A program made the translations under genes and the position numbers. A DNA stretch of 64,000 bases from Candidatus Levybacteria bacterium RIFCSPHIGHO2_01_FULL_37_17 (GTDB taxonomy: Bacteria; Patescibacteriota; Microgenomatia; Levybacterales; UBA12049). The notes under the pieces were generated by a model. That model had not been told where the DNA came from. It did no database searches and saw only the letters and a list, made by a program, of their open reading frames with translations. Each line of letters opens with the position of its first letter. Within the stretch, counting starts at the first letter, position 1. The stretch lies in NCBI GenBank assembly GCA_001782035.1, contig MFNL01000002.1, positions 124,865 to 188,864 of the forward strand, given 5' to 3'. Below, piece after piece: positions 29,128 through 41,622 of this stretch.

Positions 29128-29143
29128 GAAAATTTGGTTTTGA
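29128..29143 (+). repeat. island motif copy 5
   Basis: Exact 16-mer. TTGGTT within it serves as a -35, with 17-nt spacer to TATAAT (29157-29162), then 6 nt to the ATG at 29169. Confidence 0.8.
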
Positions 29144-29168
29144 GCTGCAATAGTAATATAATTCCTTC

Positions 29169-29693
29169 ATGTGGAATTTAATTCAAAATGAATGGGAAAA
29201 AATTCCTCAAAGTTTAAGAACGTTTATAGAAATAGGCGTTGTGCTAGTCTTTAACTCCTGGCTACTTGATCATTGGAACTTAAGCGGAACTTTACCCTAC
29301 AAATATCTTGGTAAATTTGATTTGAGAGAAATCAGTTATAACCTTGGAATGACTGCTATCTATGTATCGCTAGGGATAATTGTATTAAGGCTGATTATTA
29401 GTTTTCCCCAAGTAGTAAGTAATTATAAAAATAAATATCCAACAAAAAATATTGGTAAAACTTTTGAGCTAGTGTGGTTTAATGGTAAATTAATGCTTTT
29501 TGAACATAAAAAGAAATTATATTATCATGTCTATCCTTGGGAAACTGCTCAAGACCTAGACTTTATTTCATATGGAACTCACGTTGAAGATCATTTTCCT
29601 AATCCTAATAACGTAAAGGTAAAACTAGATAGCGGTAAGATGCTCGACACCTCAGAATACAAAAATGGGGGTAGTATAAACACTACTGTATAA
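29169..29693 (+). CDS. hypothetical membrane protein (2 TM)
   Basis: Two hydrophobic helices. AT-rich native composition. Confidence 0.5.
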   Translation: MWNLIQNEWEKIPQSLRTFIEIGVVLVFNSWLLDHWNLSGTLPYKYLGKFDLREISYNLGMTAIYVSLGIIVLRLIISFPQVVSNYKNKYPTKNIGKTFELVWFNGKLMLFEHKKKLYYHVYPWETAQDLDFISYGTHVEDHFPNPNNVKVKLDSGKMLDTSEYKNGGSINTTV

Positions 29694-29737
29694 TCCTATC
29701 AAGTTGATTTAAAAATAGGAAGAGATATAATTTCTCC

Positions 29738-30637
29738 ATGGGAAAAGATGTATTTAAAGAAATAGATGATATCATCGCGCAAATTATTAAAGTTTTAGAA
29801 ACTGAATATGACAATCTTATAAAAAGCGGTTATGGGCTTCAATTAAAATCAGATATTGCACGAGGATTAATAAAAGTCAACGGTATATACAGACCTTTCT
29901 CTGAAATGGAACATAAAATTTTATTTGATGGTTACGAAACAACTTTTATAGAAATGTTCCTAGAATTACATAAAAAAATGTATGAAAGATGGTACGAACC
30001 GTTGACTCAATTCGCCATAAGAACAATACATGAAATGGGTTTTAAGCGTACTCAAATATTATTTAATAAAAAACTAAACCCCCAAAAAATAAAAAAGTTT
30101 AAACTATTACTCATGTTAGCTGATTACGCAATGATCTCAGACATTCCTCTTCATAAAAATCACTATATAAAACTTTTGAAAGAATACAAAAATTTACTAA
30201 CCAAGAAAGAATTAGATTTTTATAAAATTCTAATTCCTGAAATAGAAAAAGCTGATCCGTTAGCTAGATACGAAAAAATAAGAACTGCTCGACAAAAAAT
30301 TAATACATTACAAGAAACTTTATTTTTAGAAACCGAAATATTGTCAATTTTCAGAAAAATAAACGTGATGTCTGTTAATTCTAGTTTTTCACATCTATTG
30401 CATGGAAATATTCTTTTGTTAAAAGACGTCTTACAGCTAAAGAGAGGTGACTCACCTCGGCTCAGGGTATACTGGATACTATTATTAACAGGGGTAAATG
30501 TAATTACTTATGTTGGAAATTTTTTAAATGAGTCAAATATCAATAAGGATGTTGAAAAAATTACAAAACAATTTATAGGTAAATCAGAATATATTAAGAA
30601 ATATTGGGAAGACCTAACCTCTAGAAATCCTTCATAA
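29738..30637 (+). CDS. hypothetical protein
   Basis: 299-aa ORF with no recognisable motifs. Confidence 0.5.
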   Translation: MGKDVFKEIDDIIAQIIKVLETEYDNLIKSGYGLQLKSDIARGLIKVNGIYRPFSEMEHKILFDGYETTFIEMFLELHKKMYERWYEPLTQFAIRTIHEMGFKRTQILFNKKLNPQKIKKFKLLLMLADYAMISDIPLHKNHYIKLLKEYKNLLTKKELDFYKILIPEIEKADPLARYEKIRTARQKINTLQETLFLETEILSIFRKINVMSVNSSFSHLLHGNILLLKDVLQLKRGDSPRLRVYWILLLTGVNVITYVGNFLNESNINKDVEKITKQFIGKSEYIKKYWEDLTSRNPS

Positions 30638-30710
30638 AATTTGCTCCATTCGACAGTGCTCTGGATCAAATTTAGATACTAGAAAAGCCTGTCTAAATTT
30701 GATAAACTGA

Positions 30711-32843
<2,133 letters not shown>

Positions 32844-32849
32844 CTTATT

Positions 32850-32878
32850 TTGACTTCAAACCCCACTTTTTGTATAAT
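32850..32878 (+). promoter_or_regulatory. consensus promoter TTGACT-17-TATAAT
   Basis: Read directly. Lies 8 nt upstream of the ATG at 32887. Confidence 0.55.
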
Positions 32879-32886
32879 TTGCCCCT

Positions 32887-33306
32887 ATGAGTAGCGTTGA
32901 GCCATTAAAAGAATCTCTGCTTCCTCGATTTGAAGCAGGAAGGGTAGTTAGACAAACCACTCATTTTAGAGTTGTAATGGATTACAAGCCTGGGCTAGAA
33001 AAAACTGAGGCTGGAGAAAGATTTTTTATCGAACCCCTAAGCGATAAAGCCGAAATTATGTTGGGACTTGCAGCGTTAGCTCATAATGTTGGCGTTAACA
33101 ATTTTAATTTTCGGGAAGTTGCTGTAGGTGATATAAAAACATTAAGAAAAAGTTTAAGAGCTGATTTTATTGCGGTAAATGTTGCCTCCTTATTTTTAGG
33201 AGTAACAGAAATTCCGAAAGAAGGAGCAGATACAATTCCTTCTCCTAAGAGAATGGAAGAATGTTTGGCGTCACATCCCGACACGTACACATTCTCTGAC
33301 AAATAA
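32887..33306 (+). CDS. hypothetical protein
   Basis: 139-aa ORF with a consensus promoter. Confidence 0.5.
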   Translation: MSSVEPLKESLLPRFEAGRVVRQTTHFRVVMDYKPGLEKTEAGERFFIEPLSDKAEIMLGLAALAHNVGVNNFNFREVAVGDIKTLRKSLRADFIAVNVASLFLGVTEIPKEGADTIPSPKRMEECLASHPDTYTFSDK

Positions 33307-33327
33307 AAACTCTGATATAATTTCCTC

Positions 33328-33900
33328 ATGTTTAAGGATAAAATTTTAAATAAGTTGGTTGAGCAATATGGGCCACCTCCGAATAGGAAAGAGAGAAGCG
33401 AATTTTTATACGAGGAGATAATTGAATCTATAATTGGCCAGCAATTATCAGGAAAGGCTGCGGACACTATATTTAATAGATTTTTATCTTTGTACAAAGG
33501 AAAGAAATTTCCCCGCCCGAAGACTCTTTTGAACACGGATATTGAAAAGCTAAGAGGCGCAGGAATGAGCTATAGCAAAGCAGCATACATTAAAAATGTT
33601 GCGCAAGCATTTTTAGACAAAACTATTGATGTTGAAAAATTAAGAAAGATGAGCGATGAGGAGGTAATTTCGGAGCTTACGAAAATAAAAGGAGTAGGCA
33701 AATGGACTGCAGAAATGATTTTAATTTTTACATTTAAGCGAAGCGATGTTTTTTCACTTGGCGACGCAGGACTTAGACGCGCAATTAAAAATTTGTACAA
33801 GCTTGAAAAGGAGGCGCAAATTTTAAAGCTCACAGAAAAGTGGAAACCAAACCGAAGCCTTGCCTGCTGGTATTTGTGGCGAAGCTTGGAAAATAGATGA
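33328..33900 (+). CDS. HhH-GPD family DNA glycosylase (AlkA/3-methyladenine glycosylase II-like)
   Basis: Helix-hairpin-helix GVGKWTAEMIL followed by a catalytic Asp region (SLGDAGLRRA). Confidence 0.6.
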   Translation: MFKDKILNKLVEQYGPPPNRKERSEFLYEEIIESIIGQQLSGKAADTIFNRFLSLYKGKKFPRPKTLLNTDIEKLRGAGMSYSKAAYIKNVAQAFLDKTIDVEKLRKMSDEEVISELTKIKGVGKWTAEMILIFTFKRSDVFSLGDAGLRRAIKNLYKLEKEAQILKLTEKWKPNRSLACWYLWRSLENR

Positions 33901-34469
33901 TTAAAGTTATTGCTTTTGATTATACAGACGTTATTGCTCCTTCTCCTGTTTCAAAATGGATGAAACAAAATCTAACCCCAACCGATAAAAAATATATTTA
34001 TTACAAAAACCATTCACAAAGATGGAATGTTGGGGAAGCAAAAAGACAAAAAGTTTATGAAGTTTTGTATAAAATGACCGGAGTCCCTGCGCATCAAATT
34101 TGGGAAAAATTCTATAAAAACTATATTGCAGATAAAGACGTAGTAGAAATAATCAAATCACTTAAAAATAATTACAAAATTATTTTATTTTCAAACTTCG
34201 TAGGAGAAATACTCCGAGAGCTTTTAGAAAAAGACGGTATTGCAAAACTTTTTGATGAGATAATAATTTCCTCCGAACATAAAATGCAGAAACCAAATAC
34301 GGACTTTTTTAATTTGTTGATTCAAAAGAGTGGTGCAGACCGAAAAGAAATTCTTTTTATCGACGACAAAATTAAAAACGTTGAAGGAGCAAAAAAATCC
34401 GGAATAAAATCTTTGCTTTACAAAAACCCTCAAAAGCTTAAAATTGGGCTTGAAAAAGTGTTGAAATAG
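33897..34469 (+). CDS. HAD-superfamily hydrolase
   Basis: Motif I AFDYTDVI (DxD) and C-terminal FIDDK motif. Confidence 0.6.
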   Translation: MIKVIAFDYTDVIAPSPVSKWMKQNLTPTDKKYIYYKNHSQRWNVGEAKRQKVYEVLYKMTGVPAHQIWEKFYKNYIADKDVVEIIKSLKNNYKIILFSNFVGEILRELLEKDGIAKLFDEIIISSEHKMQKPNTDFFNLLIQKSGADRKEILFIDDKIKNVEGAKKSGIKSLLYKNPQKLKIGLEKVLK

Positions 34470-34501
34470 AGCTATCTTTCCACTATAATTACAAGGTTGT
34501 C

Positions 34502-36526
34502 ATGGACTTATCTTTCATATTAGCCAATAAGTTATTGCTATCTGTTTCCGCGGCACTTCTTTCCATAGCTTATGGGGCATACCTCGCATATACAGTTTTA
34601 AAACAACCTAAAGGTGACGCAAAAATGAACGAAATCTCAGACGCAATTGCCGAGGGCGCAAACGCATATATGAAAAGGCAATATAGCGTGGTTGCCGTAA
34701 TTGGGATCGTAGTTTTTGCAATTCTTTATTTTACATTTGGTGTTTTTAGCGCGATAGGGTTTGCCGTTGGCGCCATTCTTAGCGCAGTTGCAGGCGTTGC
34801 CGGAATGGCAATTGCTGTTCGAAGCAATATTCGAACAGCTCAAGCCGCAAAAACAGGACTTCCCTCTGCTTTTTCCCTAGCCTTTAAAGGAGGCGCAGTA
34901 ACAGGACTTTTGGTTGCAGGACTTGCGCTTCTTTCTGTTGCAGGTTTTTACTGGGTGCTCGAAACATATACGCCTGGTGATTTAGCTCCATTGGTTGCTT
35001 TGGGTTTTGGAGGAAGTTTAATTTCTGTTTTTGCAAGACTTGGGGGAGGGATATTTACAAAATCAGCAGACGTTGGAACAGATATGGTTGGAAAAATAGA
35101 AAAAGGAATTCCGGAAGATGACCCAAGAAACCCTGGTGTTATAGCTGATTTAGTGGGGGATAATGTAGGGGACGATGCAGGAATGGCAGCTGACCTTTTT
35201 GAAACTTATGTAATCACCGCGGTTGCTGCAATGATTTTGGGAAGCCTTTTGTTTCCCAATAATCCGAATGTTTTATTTTTCCCGATGTTAATAGGAGCGG
35301 TATCAATTGTTGCTAGCATTATAGGAACTTGGTTTGTAAAAATTTCAGGGAACTCTATTATGAAAGGCTTGTATCAAGGATTAATAGTCGCAATTGCAGT
35401 TTCTGTAGCGGGCTTTTGGATCTTAACTCAGTACGTTTTCCAAAACAACTTAGGAATTCCTTCCATGAACTTATTTTATACTTTAATAGTTGGTCTTGTA
35501 GTTACAGTTGGAATGGTAGTAATTACAGAATACTTTACATCTAAAAAATTTTCTCCGGTTAAAACAATTGCAAATGCTTCATCTACCGGACACGGAACAA
35601 ATGTAATTGCAGGACTTGCAGTTTCAATGAAATCAACCTTTGCCCCCATTTTATTAATTGCAGGAGCAATTCTAGTTTCATATACGCTGGGCGGACTTTA
35701 CGGAGTAGCGGTTGCCGCCATGTCCATGCTTTCTTTGGCAGGAATAATCGTTGCAATTGATGCATTCGGTCCAATTACAGATAACGCCGGCGGAATTGCA
35801 GAAATGGCAGGACTTGATAAAAAAGTTAGAGACGTAACAGACCCATTAGATGCAGTAGGAAACACGACAAAAGCGGTTACAAAAGCATATGCAATTGGAA
35901 GCGCGGGACTGGCTGCTTTAGTACTTTTTGCAAGCTATACACAGGAACTTGCTAAAGGGACAAAAATATTTACTTTTTCGCTTTCAGACCCGACAGTATT
36001 GATAGGGCTTTTTATCGGAGGGGCACTTCCATATTTATTTGCTGCACTCGCAATGGAAGCTGTTGGAAAAGCAAGCGTTGCAATAGTAGACGAGGTAAGA
36101 AGACAGTTTAGGGAAATAAAAGGACTAATGAGCGGGAAAGTAAAGCCAGAATATGGAAAAGCAGTTGATATTGTTACAAAAGCAGCAATTAAAGAAATGA
36201 TTTTACCAACCGCTATAACCGTAATTGCACCTATTGCTGTAGGATTTTTGCTTGGTCCCCAAGCATTGGGAGGACTCTTAATTGGCAGCATTGTAACGGG
36301 ACTATTTATTGCAATATCTATGACAACGGGCGGAGCAGCGTGGGACAACACTAAGAAATATATAGAGGAAGGAAACTTGGGAGGCAAAGGAAGCTTTGCT
36401 CACCAAGCTGCCGTAACAGGAGATACGGTTGGCGATCCATACAAGGATACGGCAGGACCTGCAATTAACCCAATGATTAAAGTTTTAAATATTGTTGCTT
36501 TATTAATTGCATCCTTCTTAATTTAA
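34502..36526 (+). CDS. hppA: membrane-bound proton/sodium-translocating pyrophosphatase
   Basis: [18 protein letters not shown] and [14 protein letters not shown] signature motifs. Multi-TM. Confidence 0.95.
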   Translation: MDLSFILANKLLLSVSAALLSIAYGAYLAYTVLKQPKGDAKMNEISDAIAEGANAYMKRQYSVVAVIGIVVFAILYFTFGVFSAIGFAVGAILSAVAGVAGMAIAVRSNIRTAQAAKTGLPSAFSLAFKGGAVTGLLVAGLALLSVAGFYWVLETYTPGDLAPLVALGFGGSLISVFARLGGGIFTKSADVGTDMVGKIEKGIPEDDPRNPGVIADLVGDNVGDDAGMAADLFETYVITAVAAMILGSLLFPNNPNVLFFPMLIGAVSIVASIIGTWFVKISGNSIMKGLYQGLIVAIAVSVAGFWILTQYVFQNNLGIPSMNLFYTLIVGLVVTVGMVVITEYFTSKKFSPVKTIANASSTGHGTNVIAGLAVSMKSTFAPILLIAGAILVSYTLGGLYGVAVAAMSMLSLAGIIVAIDAFGPITDNAGGIAEMAGLDKKVRDVTDPLDAVGNTTKAVTKAYAIGSAGLAALVLFASYTQELAKGTKIFTFSLSDPTVLIGLFIGGALPYLFAALAMEAVGKASVAIVDEVRRQFREIKGLMSGKVKPEYGKAVDIVTKAAIKEMILPTAITVIAPIAVGFLLGPQALGGLLIGSIVTGLFIAISMTTGGAAWDNTKKYIEEGNLGGKGSFAHQAAVTGDTVGDPYKDTAGPAINPMIKVLNIVALLIASFLI

Positions 36527-36593
36527 TTGAGAGGTGGCCTTTTTCTCAAAATCTAAAAGATTTTGAAGAGGAGGAATTTGCCGAAAAGCCAAA

Positions 36594-39107
36594 ATGCGAA
36601 AAATTGAGCATGAAGGCACAAGGCAAAATTTTGACGACATGGCAGATATAGGTAAACTTCAACAAACAGAAATATCGGAAGAAATGAAACGCGCGTATTT
36701 GGATTACGCAATGAGCGTTATAGTTTCCCGCGCCCTTCCGGATGTCAGAGACGGTTTAAAACCGGTTCATAGAAGAATTCTTTTTGCAATGCATGAAATA
36801 GGACTTACACATGCTGCAAAATATTCAAAAAGCGCAACAGTAGTTGGAGAAGTAATGGGAAAATATCATCCTCACGGAGACGTACCGATTTACGACGCGC
36901 TAGTTAGGCTTGCGCAGGATTTTTCAATGCGCTACCCCCTAATAGATGGGCAGGGAAACTTTGGCTCCATGGACGGCGACCCACCGGCTGCAATGCGCTA
37001 CACAGAAGCGAGGATGGCAGCTATTACTGCTGACTTGCTCTTGGATATTGAAAAAGAAACCGTAGACTATATGCCAAACTTTGACGCAAGACTGAAGGAG
37101 CCAGTATTTTTACCAAGCTTGCTTCCAAATTTACTTCTTATGGGGTCAGAGGGAATTGCCGTTGGTATGGCAACCAAAATTCCACCCCACAATTTAAGCG
37201 AAGTGGTAGACGGATTGGTTCATTTAATAGGTAAAGCAAAAATAGAGCTTGCGCCTTTTTCAATAACAAGCAATGTTACAGTCGATGAGCTTTTAGAATT
37301 TATAAAAGGCCCGGATTTCCCAACGTCTGGTGTCATTTACGACTGGGCTGAAGTAAAAAACGTTTATACAACCGGAAGAGGAAGAATAATTATAAGGGGC
37401 AAGGCGGAAATAGAAGATATCGGACAGGGAAAATCCGCCATTATTATTACGGAGCTTCCATATCAGGTTAACAAAGCACTCCTGGTTGCAAGAATTGCAG
37501 AACTTGCAAAAGAGAAAAAAATTGACGGAATTTCGGATTTGCGGGATGAATCTGACAGACACGGGATAAGAATAGTGGTTGAGTTAAAAAGAGACGCAAC
37601 GCCAAAAAAAATATTAAACAATTTGTTTAAGCAAACAAGCTTACAAACCACTTTTCCTGCAAATATAGTTGCGTTAGTTGACGGAACTCCGCAAACCTTG
37701 AATCTTAAAACAATTTTAGAAGAATTTCTAAAGCACAGATATTTAGTCGTAAAAAGAAGAAGCGAATTTGAATTAAAACAAGCGCAGGCAAGGCTGCATA
37801 TTTTAGAAGGATTAAAAATCGCCGTAGATAACATAGACGCCGTAATTAAAACTATTAGAGCATCTAAAGACCAGGAAGAAGCAAAAGCTAATTTAATGAA
37901 AAAGTTTAAGCTTAGCGAAATACAGGCAACTGCAATTTTAGACATGCAGCTTAGGCGTTTGGCAGCACTTGAGAGGCAAAAAATAGAAGACGAATACAAA
38001 ATGGTAAAAGAGACAATAGAGTATTTGGAAGACCTTCTTGCTCATCCGGTAAAAATGTTAGCTGTTATAAAAGACGAGCTAACCAAATTAAAAGAAAGAT
38101 ACAACGACGAAAGAAGAACTAAGGTATTCAAAGGAAAAGTCGGGGAATTTTCTGAGGAGGATTTAATTCAAAATGAACCAACTGTAATAACTCTAACCGA
38201 CACAGGCTATATTAAAAGGCAATCTACTCTAAGTTTCAGAACTCAACAAAGAGGAGGAAAAGGAATAATCGGCATGACAACCAAAGAGGAAGACACAATT
38301 CTAAATATTACATATGCCGAAACCCATGACAACCTTTTATTCTTTACAAATAAAGGCAAGGTCTATCAGACAAAAGTATACGAAATCGCAGAAAGCAGCA
38401 GAACGAGTAAGGGAACTGCAATTGTAAATTTACTAAACATAGAAGCAGGAGAAAAAATAGAATCATTTATAACTTATGGCAAAAACGATAATTTCTCCTA
38501 CATAACACTTGCAACGAGAAATGGCACAATAAAAAAGAGCAAAATTTCGGAATTTGAAAATATAAGAAGAAGCGGAATTTTAGCGATAAAACTAGACAAA
38601 GGAGACGAACTTGTTTGGAGTAATTTAACAGGAGAAGGCGATGAAATCTTCCTGTTTACAAGAGACGGAAAAAGCATTAAATTTAACGAGAAACAAGTCA
38701 GACCAATGGGTCGAAATACAATGGGGGTAAGGGGAATTTTACTTAGAAAAGATGACGAAGTAATTCAAATGGACGTAGTTACAAAAGGCGAGAAGCCATA
38801 TGTTTTAACAATTATGCAAAATGGTTATGGAAAGAAAACTGCTATAGACCAGTTTCCAAAACAGGGAAGAGGAGGAAAGGGTGTCAAAGTAGCAGAAGTA
38901 ACTGCAAAAACAGGCAAAATTGCAGCAACTCAAATAATTCCTCTAGGTGCAAAAGAGTTGATTGTAACATCAAGAAAGGGACAAATCGTAAAAATGGATA
39001 TTAACTCAATACCTGCGCTATCGCGTTCTACCCAAGGCGTAATACTCATGCGCTTCAGTAAGGTTGGGGACAGCGTTGCCTCTGCCACCTGCATCGAAGA
39101 ATTCTAG
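36594..39107 (+). CDS. gyrA: DNA gyrase subunit A
   Basis: [10 protein letters not shown] active-site Tyr region, the GyrA box-like QRGGKG, and beta-pinwheel repeats. Confidence 0.95.
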   Translation: MRKIEHEGTRQNFDDMADIGKLQQTEISEEMKRAYLDYAMSVIVSRALPDVRDGLKPVHRRILFAMHEIGLTHAAKYSKSATVVGEVMGKYHPHGDVPIYDALVRLAQDFSMRYPLIDGQGNFGSMDGDPPAAMRYTEARMAAITADLLLDIEKETVDYMPNFDARLKEPVFLPSLLPNLLLMGSEGIAVGMATKIPPHNLSEVVDGLVHLIGKAKIELAPFSITSNVTVDELLEFIKGPDFPTSGVIYDWAEVKNVYTTGRGRIIIRGKAEIEDIGQGKSAIIITELPYQVNKALLVARIAELAKEKKIDGISDLRDESDRHGIRIVVELKRDATPKKILNNLFKQTSLQTTFPANIVALVDGTPQTLNLKTILEEFLKHRYLVVKRRSEFELKQAQARLHILEGLKIAVDNIDAVIKTIRASKDQEEAKANLMKKFKLSEIQATAILDMQLRRLAALERQKIEDEYKMVKETIEYLEDLLAHPVKMLAVIKDELTKLKERYNDERRTKVFKGKVGEFSEEDLIQNEPTVITLTDTGYIKRQSTLSFRTQQRGGKGIIGMTTKEEDTILNITYAETHDNLLFFTNKGKVYQTKVYEIAESSRTSKGTAIVNLLNIEAGEKIESFITYGKNDNFSYITLATRNGTIKKSKISEFENIRRSGILAIKLDKGDELVWSNLTGEGDEIFLFTRDGKSIKFNEKQVRPMGRNTMGVRGILLRKDDEVIQMDVVTKGEKPYVLTIMQNGYGKKTAIDQFPKQGRGGKGVKVAEVTAKTGKIAATQIIPLGAKELIVTSRKGQIVKMDINSIPALSRSTQGVILMRFSKVGDSVASATCIEEF

Positions 39108-39119
39108 TATAATCAGTAA

Positions 39120-39944
39120 ATGAAAATTGATGGTAAATTAATAGCCCTGGAATTAATTAATCAACTAAAAATTCGAGTTCAAAGACTCAAAGAAGGCGGG
39201 ATTACTCCTCATCTTTACATCATCACTTTTGGAGAAGATACACAGACCGAAAGCTATTTAAAGCAAAAAAAACTTCGTGCGGATCAAATTGGAGCCAAAA
39301 TAACAATAAAAAGATTTGGTAATAATGCTGCGCCCAAACAAGTTTATGAACTTATTGAGAAATTGAATAAGGAAAAAACGGTCAATGGAATAATTGTACA
39401 AAGGCCTCTTCCAAAGCAGTTAGATCCGGAAAAAATCTCACTTTCCGTAAATCTTCCTAAAGACGTTGACGGTTTTCACCCCAAATCCACATTTTCTTCT
39501 CCCGTCGCACTTGCTGTTTTCGAGCTTTTGAAAATGGCAGCAGTAGTAGATTTTGGAGATAAAGATGTAGTCCTGGCAGGAAAGGGAGTTACCGCAGGAA
39601 AACCAATTATTAATTTTTTTGCCAGGAAAGCAGTAACAACAACAATTGTAGATAGTAAAACTGCCAATGGGGATGAAATATTTAAAAACGCAGATATAAT
39701 TATTTCTAGCGTTGGAAAAAAGATTTTGAGCTCAAATAATATTAAAAAGGGTGTTATTTTAATCGGCGTAGGGATGCATGTAGTAGACGGAAAATTAAAA
39801 GGGGATTATGATGAAAATGAGATTGAAAATATTGCTTCATTTTACTCTCCAACGCCGGGTGGAGTGGGACCGGTAAATGTAACAATGCTTATGAAAAACC
39901 TTGTAGAAGCTACCGAAGCTCAATCTGCTATAATAAAAAGGTGA
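39120..39944 (+). CDS. folD: bifunctional methylenetetrahydrofolate dehydrogenase/cyclohydrolase
   Basis: THF_DHG_CYH two-domain pattern. PTPGGVGPVNVTML C-terminal motif. Confidence 0.85.
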   Translation: MKIDGKLIALELINQLKIRVQRLKEGGITPHLYIITFGEDTQTESYLKQKKLRADQIGAKITIKRFGNNAAPKQVYELIEKLNKEKTVNGIIVQRPLPKQLDPEKISLSVNLPKDVDGFHPKSTFSSPVALAVFELLKMAAVVDFGDKDVVLAGKGVTAGKPIINFFARKAVTTTIVDSKTANGDEIFKNADIIISSVGKKILSSNNIKKGVILIGVGMHVVDGKLKGDYDENEIENIASFYSPTPGGVGPVNVTMLMKNLVEATEAQSAIIKR

Positions 39945-40708
39945 TGAGTTTTTGGAACGAGTTCAAAAAACCACTCGTAATTATTGCAGGATTTTTCCTT
40001 CTTCTTTTTATCTATACAAAGCTTGCCGGCCCAATTCCTTTTTATATTAATTCTGTCAACACGACCAAAACCGATCTTTTCTCAAGTAGCGGAGAAGGGG
40101 AGGCAACTGCAGTGCCCGACCAGACAACAATCAGCTTAGGTGTTACAAAAAACGCCTCAACTGTAGATGAAGCTCAAAAACAGGCAAATACAGTCGCGAA
40201 TAAAATAATTGCCGATTTAAAAAAACTTGGCATAAAGGACAAAGATATTAAAACAACGAACTATAATGTTCACCCAAATTACGAAGTCCAGCCTTTACTT
40301 CCAACTAGAGGAGGGCAAGCAGGATATAGCGTAACACATAATATTGAAGTTAAAATTAAACCAATTGAGCTGATTAATAAAGTAATAGATACTGCAACGG
40401 CAGATGGGGCAAATTTAGTAGGTGGAGTTAATTTTACTTTCAGCGATGATTTACAAAAAAAATTGGAAGAGGAAGCTACAAAAGAAGCGGTTGCAAATGC
40501 AAAACAAAAAGCCCAAACTTTAGCCAGTTCTGCGGGTGTACGCTTGGGAAAAATAATAAATGTGGTATCTAGCAGCAATAATCCTCCGTTTTATCCTTTA
40601 AGTGCAGCTGAAAAAGGTGAAGTCGTAGACCAAGAACCAACCACAAATGTAACTCCGGGGGAAAATACAGTAAGAGTTGGCGTAACAATCTACTACGAAA
40701 CCTACTAG
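39941..40708 (+). CDS. SIMPL/DUF541 family secreted protein
   Basis: N-terminal TM. TTNYNVHPNYE and GENTVRVGVTIYYE are typical of BP26/SIMPL. Confidence 0.65.
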   Translation: MMSFWNEFKKPLVIIAGFFLLLFIYTKLAGPIPFYINSVNTTKTDLFSSSGEGEATAVPDQTTISLGVTKNASTVDEAQKQANTVANKIIADLKKLGIKDKDIKTTNYNVHPNYEVQPLLPTRGGQAGYSVTHNIEVKIKPIELINKVIDTATADGANLVGGVNFTFSDDLQKKLEEEATKEAVANAKQKAQTLASSAGVRLGKIINVVSSSNNPPFYPLSAAEKGEVVDQEPTTNVTPGENTVRVGVTIYYETY

Positions 40709-40716
40709 TTTCTTGC

Positions 40717-41544
40717 TTACTTATTTTTGCTATTAAGCCAGGGGATTTTTATCTGTAAAAACTCTACAAAAGCAAAAGCCGAATATATAAAAGGTATATA
40801 TCCTAGGAATCCTGCAAGAGGCATTTGTGCGTATTTTGTAGTGATAGGGGCTGGAAGTTCCCAAAACCATGGAACAATCGGATAGGTCCATTTTGGAATA
40901 AGAAAGTTGATCGTTTCCCACCAAAATCCTGCAAAAATAGCTCCAATTCCCAAAACTATCAACGGTTTATAATTTTTTTTCAATATCTGAAGAATAAGGC
41001 TTCTTCTGCCTTGTATTGCATTTAATGGATCAAGAATTAAAAACGTCACAATCCAAATCAAAGGAAAAAGATAAATTGGCAAATAAATAACCAGTGCCAG
41101 ACTAATTAGACCAAGGGACATTAATAAAATTGTCAGCTGTGAACTTATTTTCGCTTTTACAAAGAAAATGTTACTTTTTAACACACCTGAAATAATATTT
41201 GTTGAAATAGCCAAATGGGGAAGAACGGTTACGAATGCAGCCGTAGACAAAATGCCCCACTCTGTCTGTTCGTATAAATGCTTAGTCGGATAAAACCAAT
41301 TTTTCAAAAATATATTTGCCCATTCGTAAAACCACCAAAAGAATGCGCTTGCAAAAGCTAAGCTTAAAAAGTTTCTCCAGTTTGAAAAAATGGATTTGCC
41401 GGAAAACCTAAAAGCTATATTATCCGACACAAGAAGAAAACCAAACCATGCTAAGTGGAAATTGAAATCGATGAAAGGACGAATATTATATTGGGATAAA
41501 TAAATCCCTATTGAAATTAAAATAACACCTAAAATTAGTTGCAT
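40717..41544 (-). CDS. hypothetical integral membrane protein
   Basis: Seven or more hydrophobic segments, Trp/Phe-rich. Confidence 0.5.
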   Translation of the reverse strand: MQLILGVILISIGIYLSQYNIRPFIDFNFHLAWFGFLLVSDNIAFRFSGKSIFSNWRNFLSLAFASAFFWWFYEWANIFLKNWFYPTKHLYEQTEWGILSTAAFVTVLPHLAISTNIISGVLKSNIFFVKAKISSQLTILLMSLGLISLALVIYLPIYLFPLIWIVTFLILDPLNAIQGRRSLILQILKKNYKPLIVLGIGAIFAGFWWETINFLIPKWTYPIVPWFWELPAPITTKYAQMPLAGFLGYIPFIYSAFAFVEFLQIKIPWLNSKNK

Positions 41545-41567
41545 TGAAACAATTATATCAAACTACT

Positions 41568-41584
41568 TATTTCCGCTGTGGAAG
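41568..41584 (+). repeat. 17-bp direct repeat TATTTCCGCTGTGGAAG (left copy; attL-like)
   Basis: Identical to 43850-43866. On the minus strand it reads ..IFHSGNK-stop, a pseudo 3' end of the recombinase gene. Confidence 0.8.
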
Positions 41585-41622
41585 ATTAAATTCCGCAAAT
41601 AGATTTATGATAAAATTTAATT

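Noticed and set aside
26631-29143. Repeated motif as a DNA-uptake sequence (DUS/USS) linked to the T4P/competence machinery
   Set aside because: Uptake sequences are dispersed genome-wide at high density. Here all copies cluster in 2.5 kb, and none was seen in the other about 60 kb.
26631-29143. Repeated motif as integron attC sites / the island as an integron cassette array
   Set aside because: No GTTRRRY/RYYYAAC core sites or long imperfect palindromes. No intI-like gene is positioned divergently. Each gene has its own consensus promoter, unlike promoterless cassettes.
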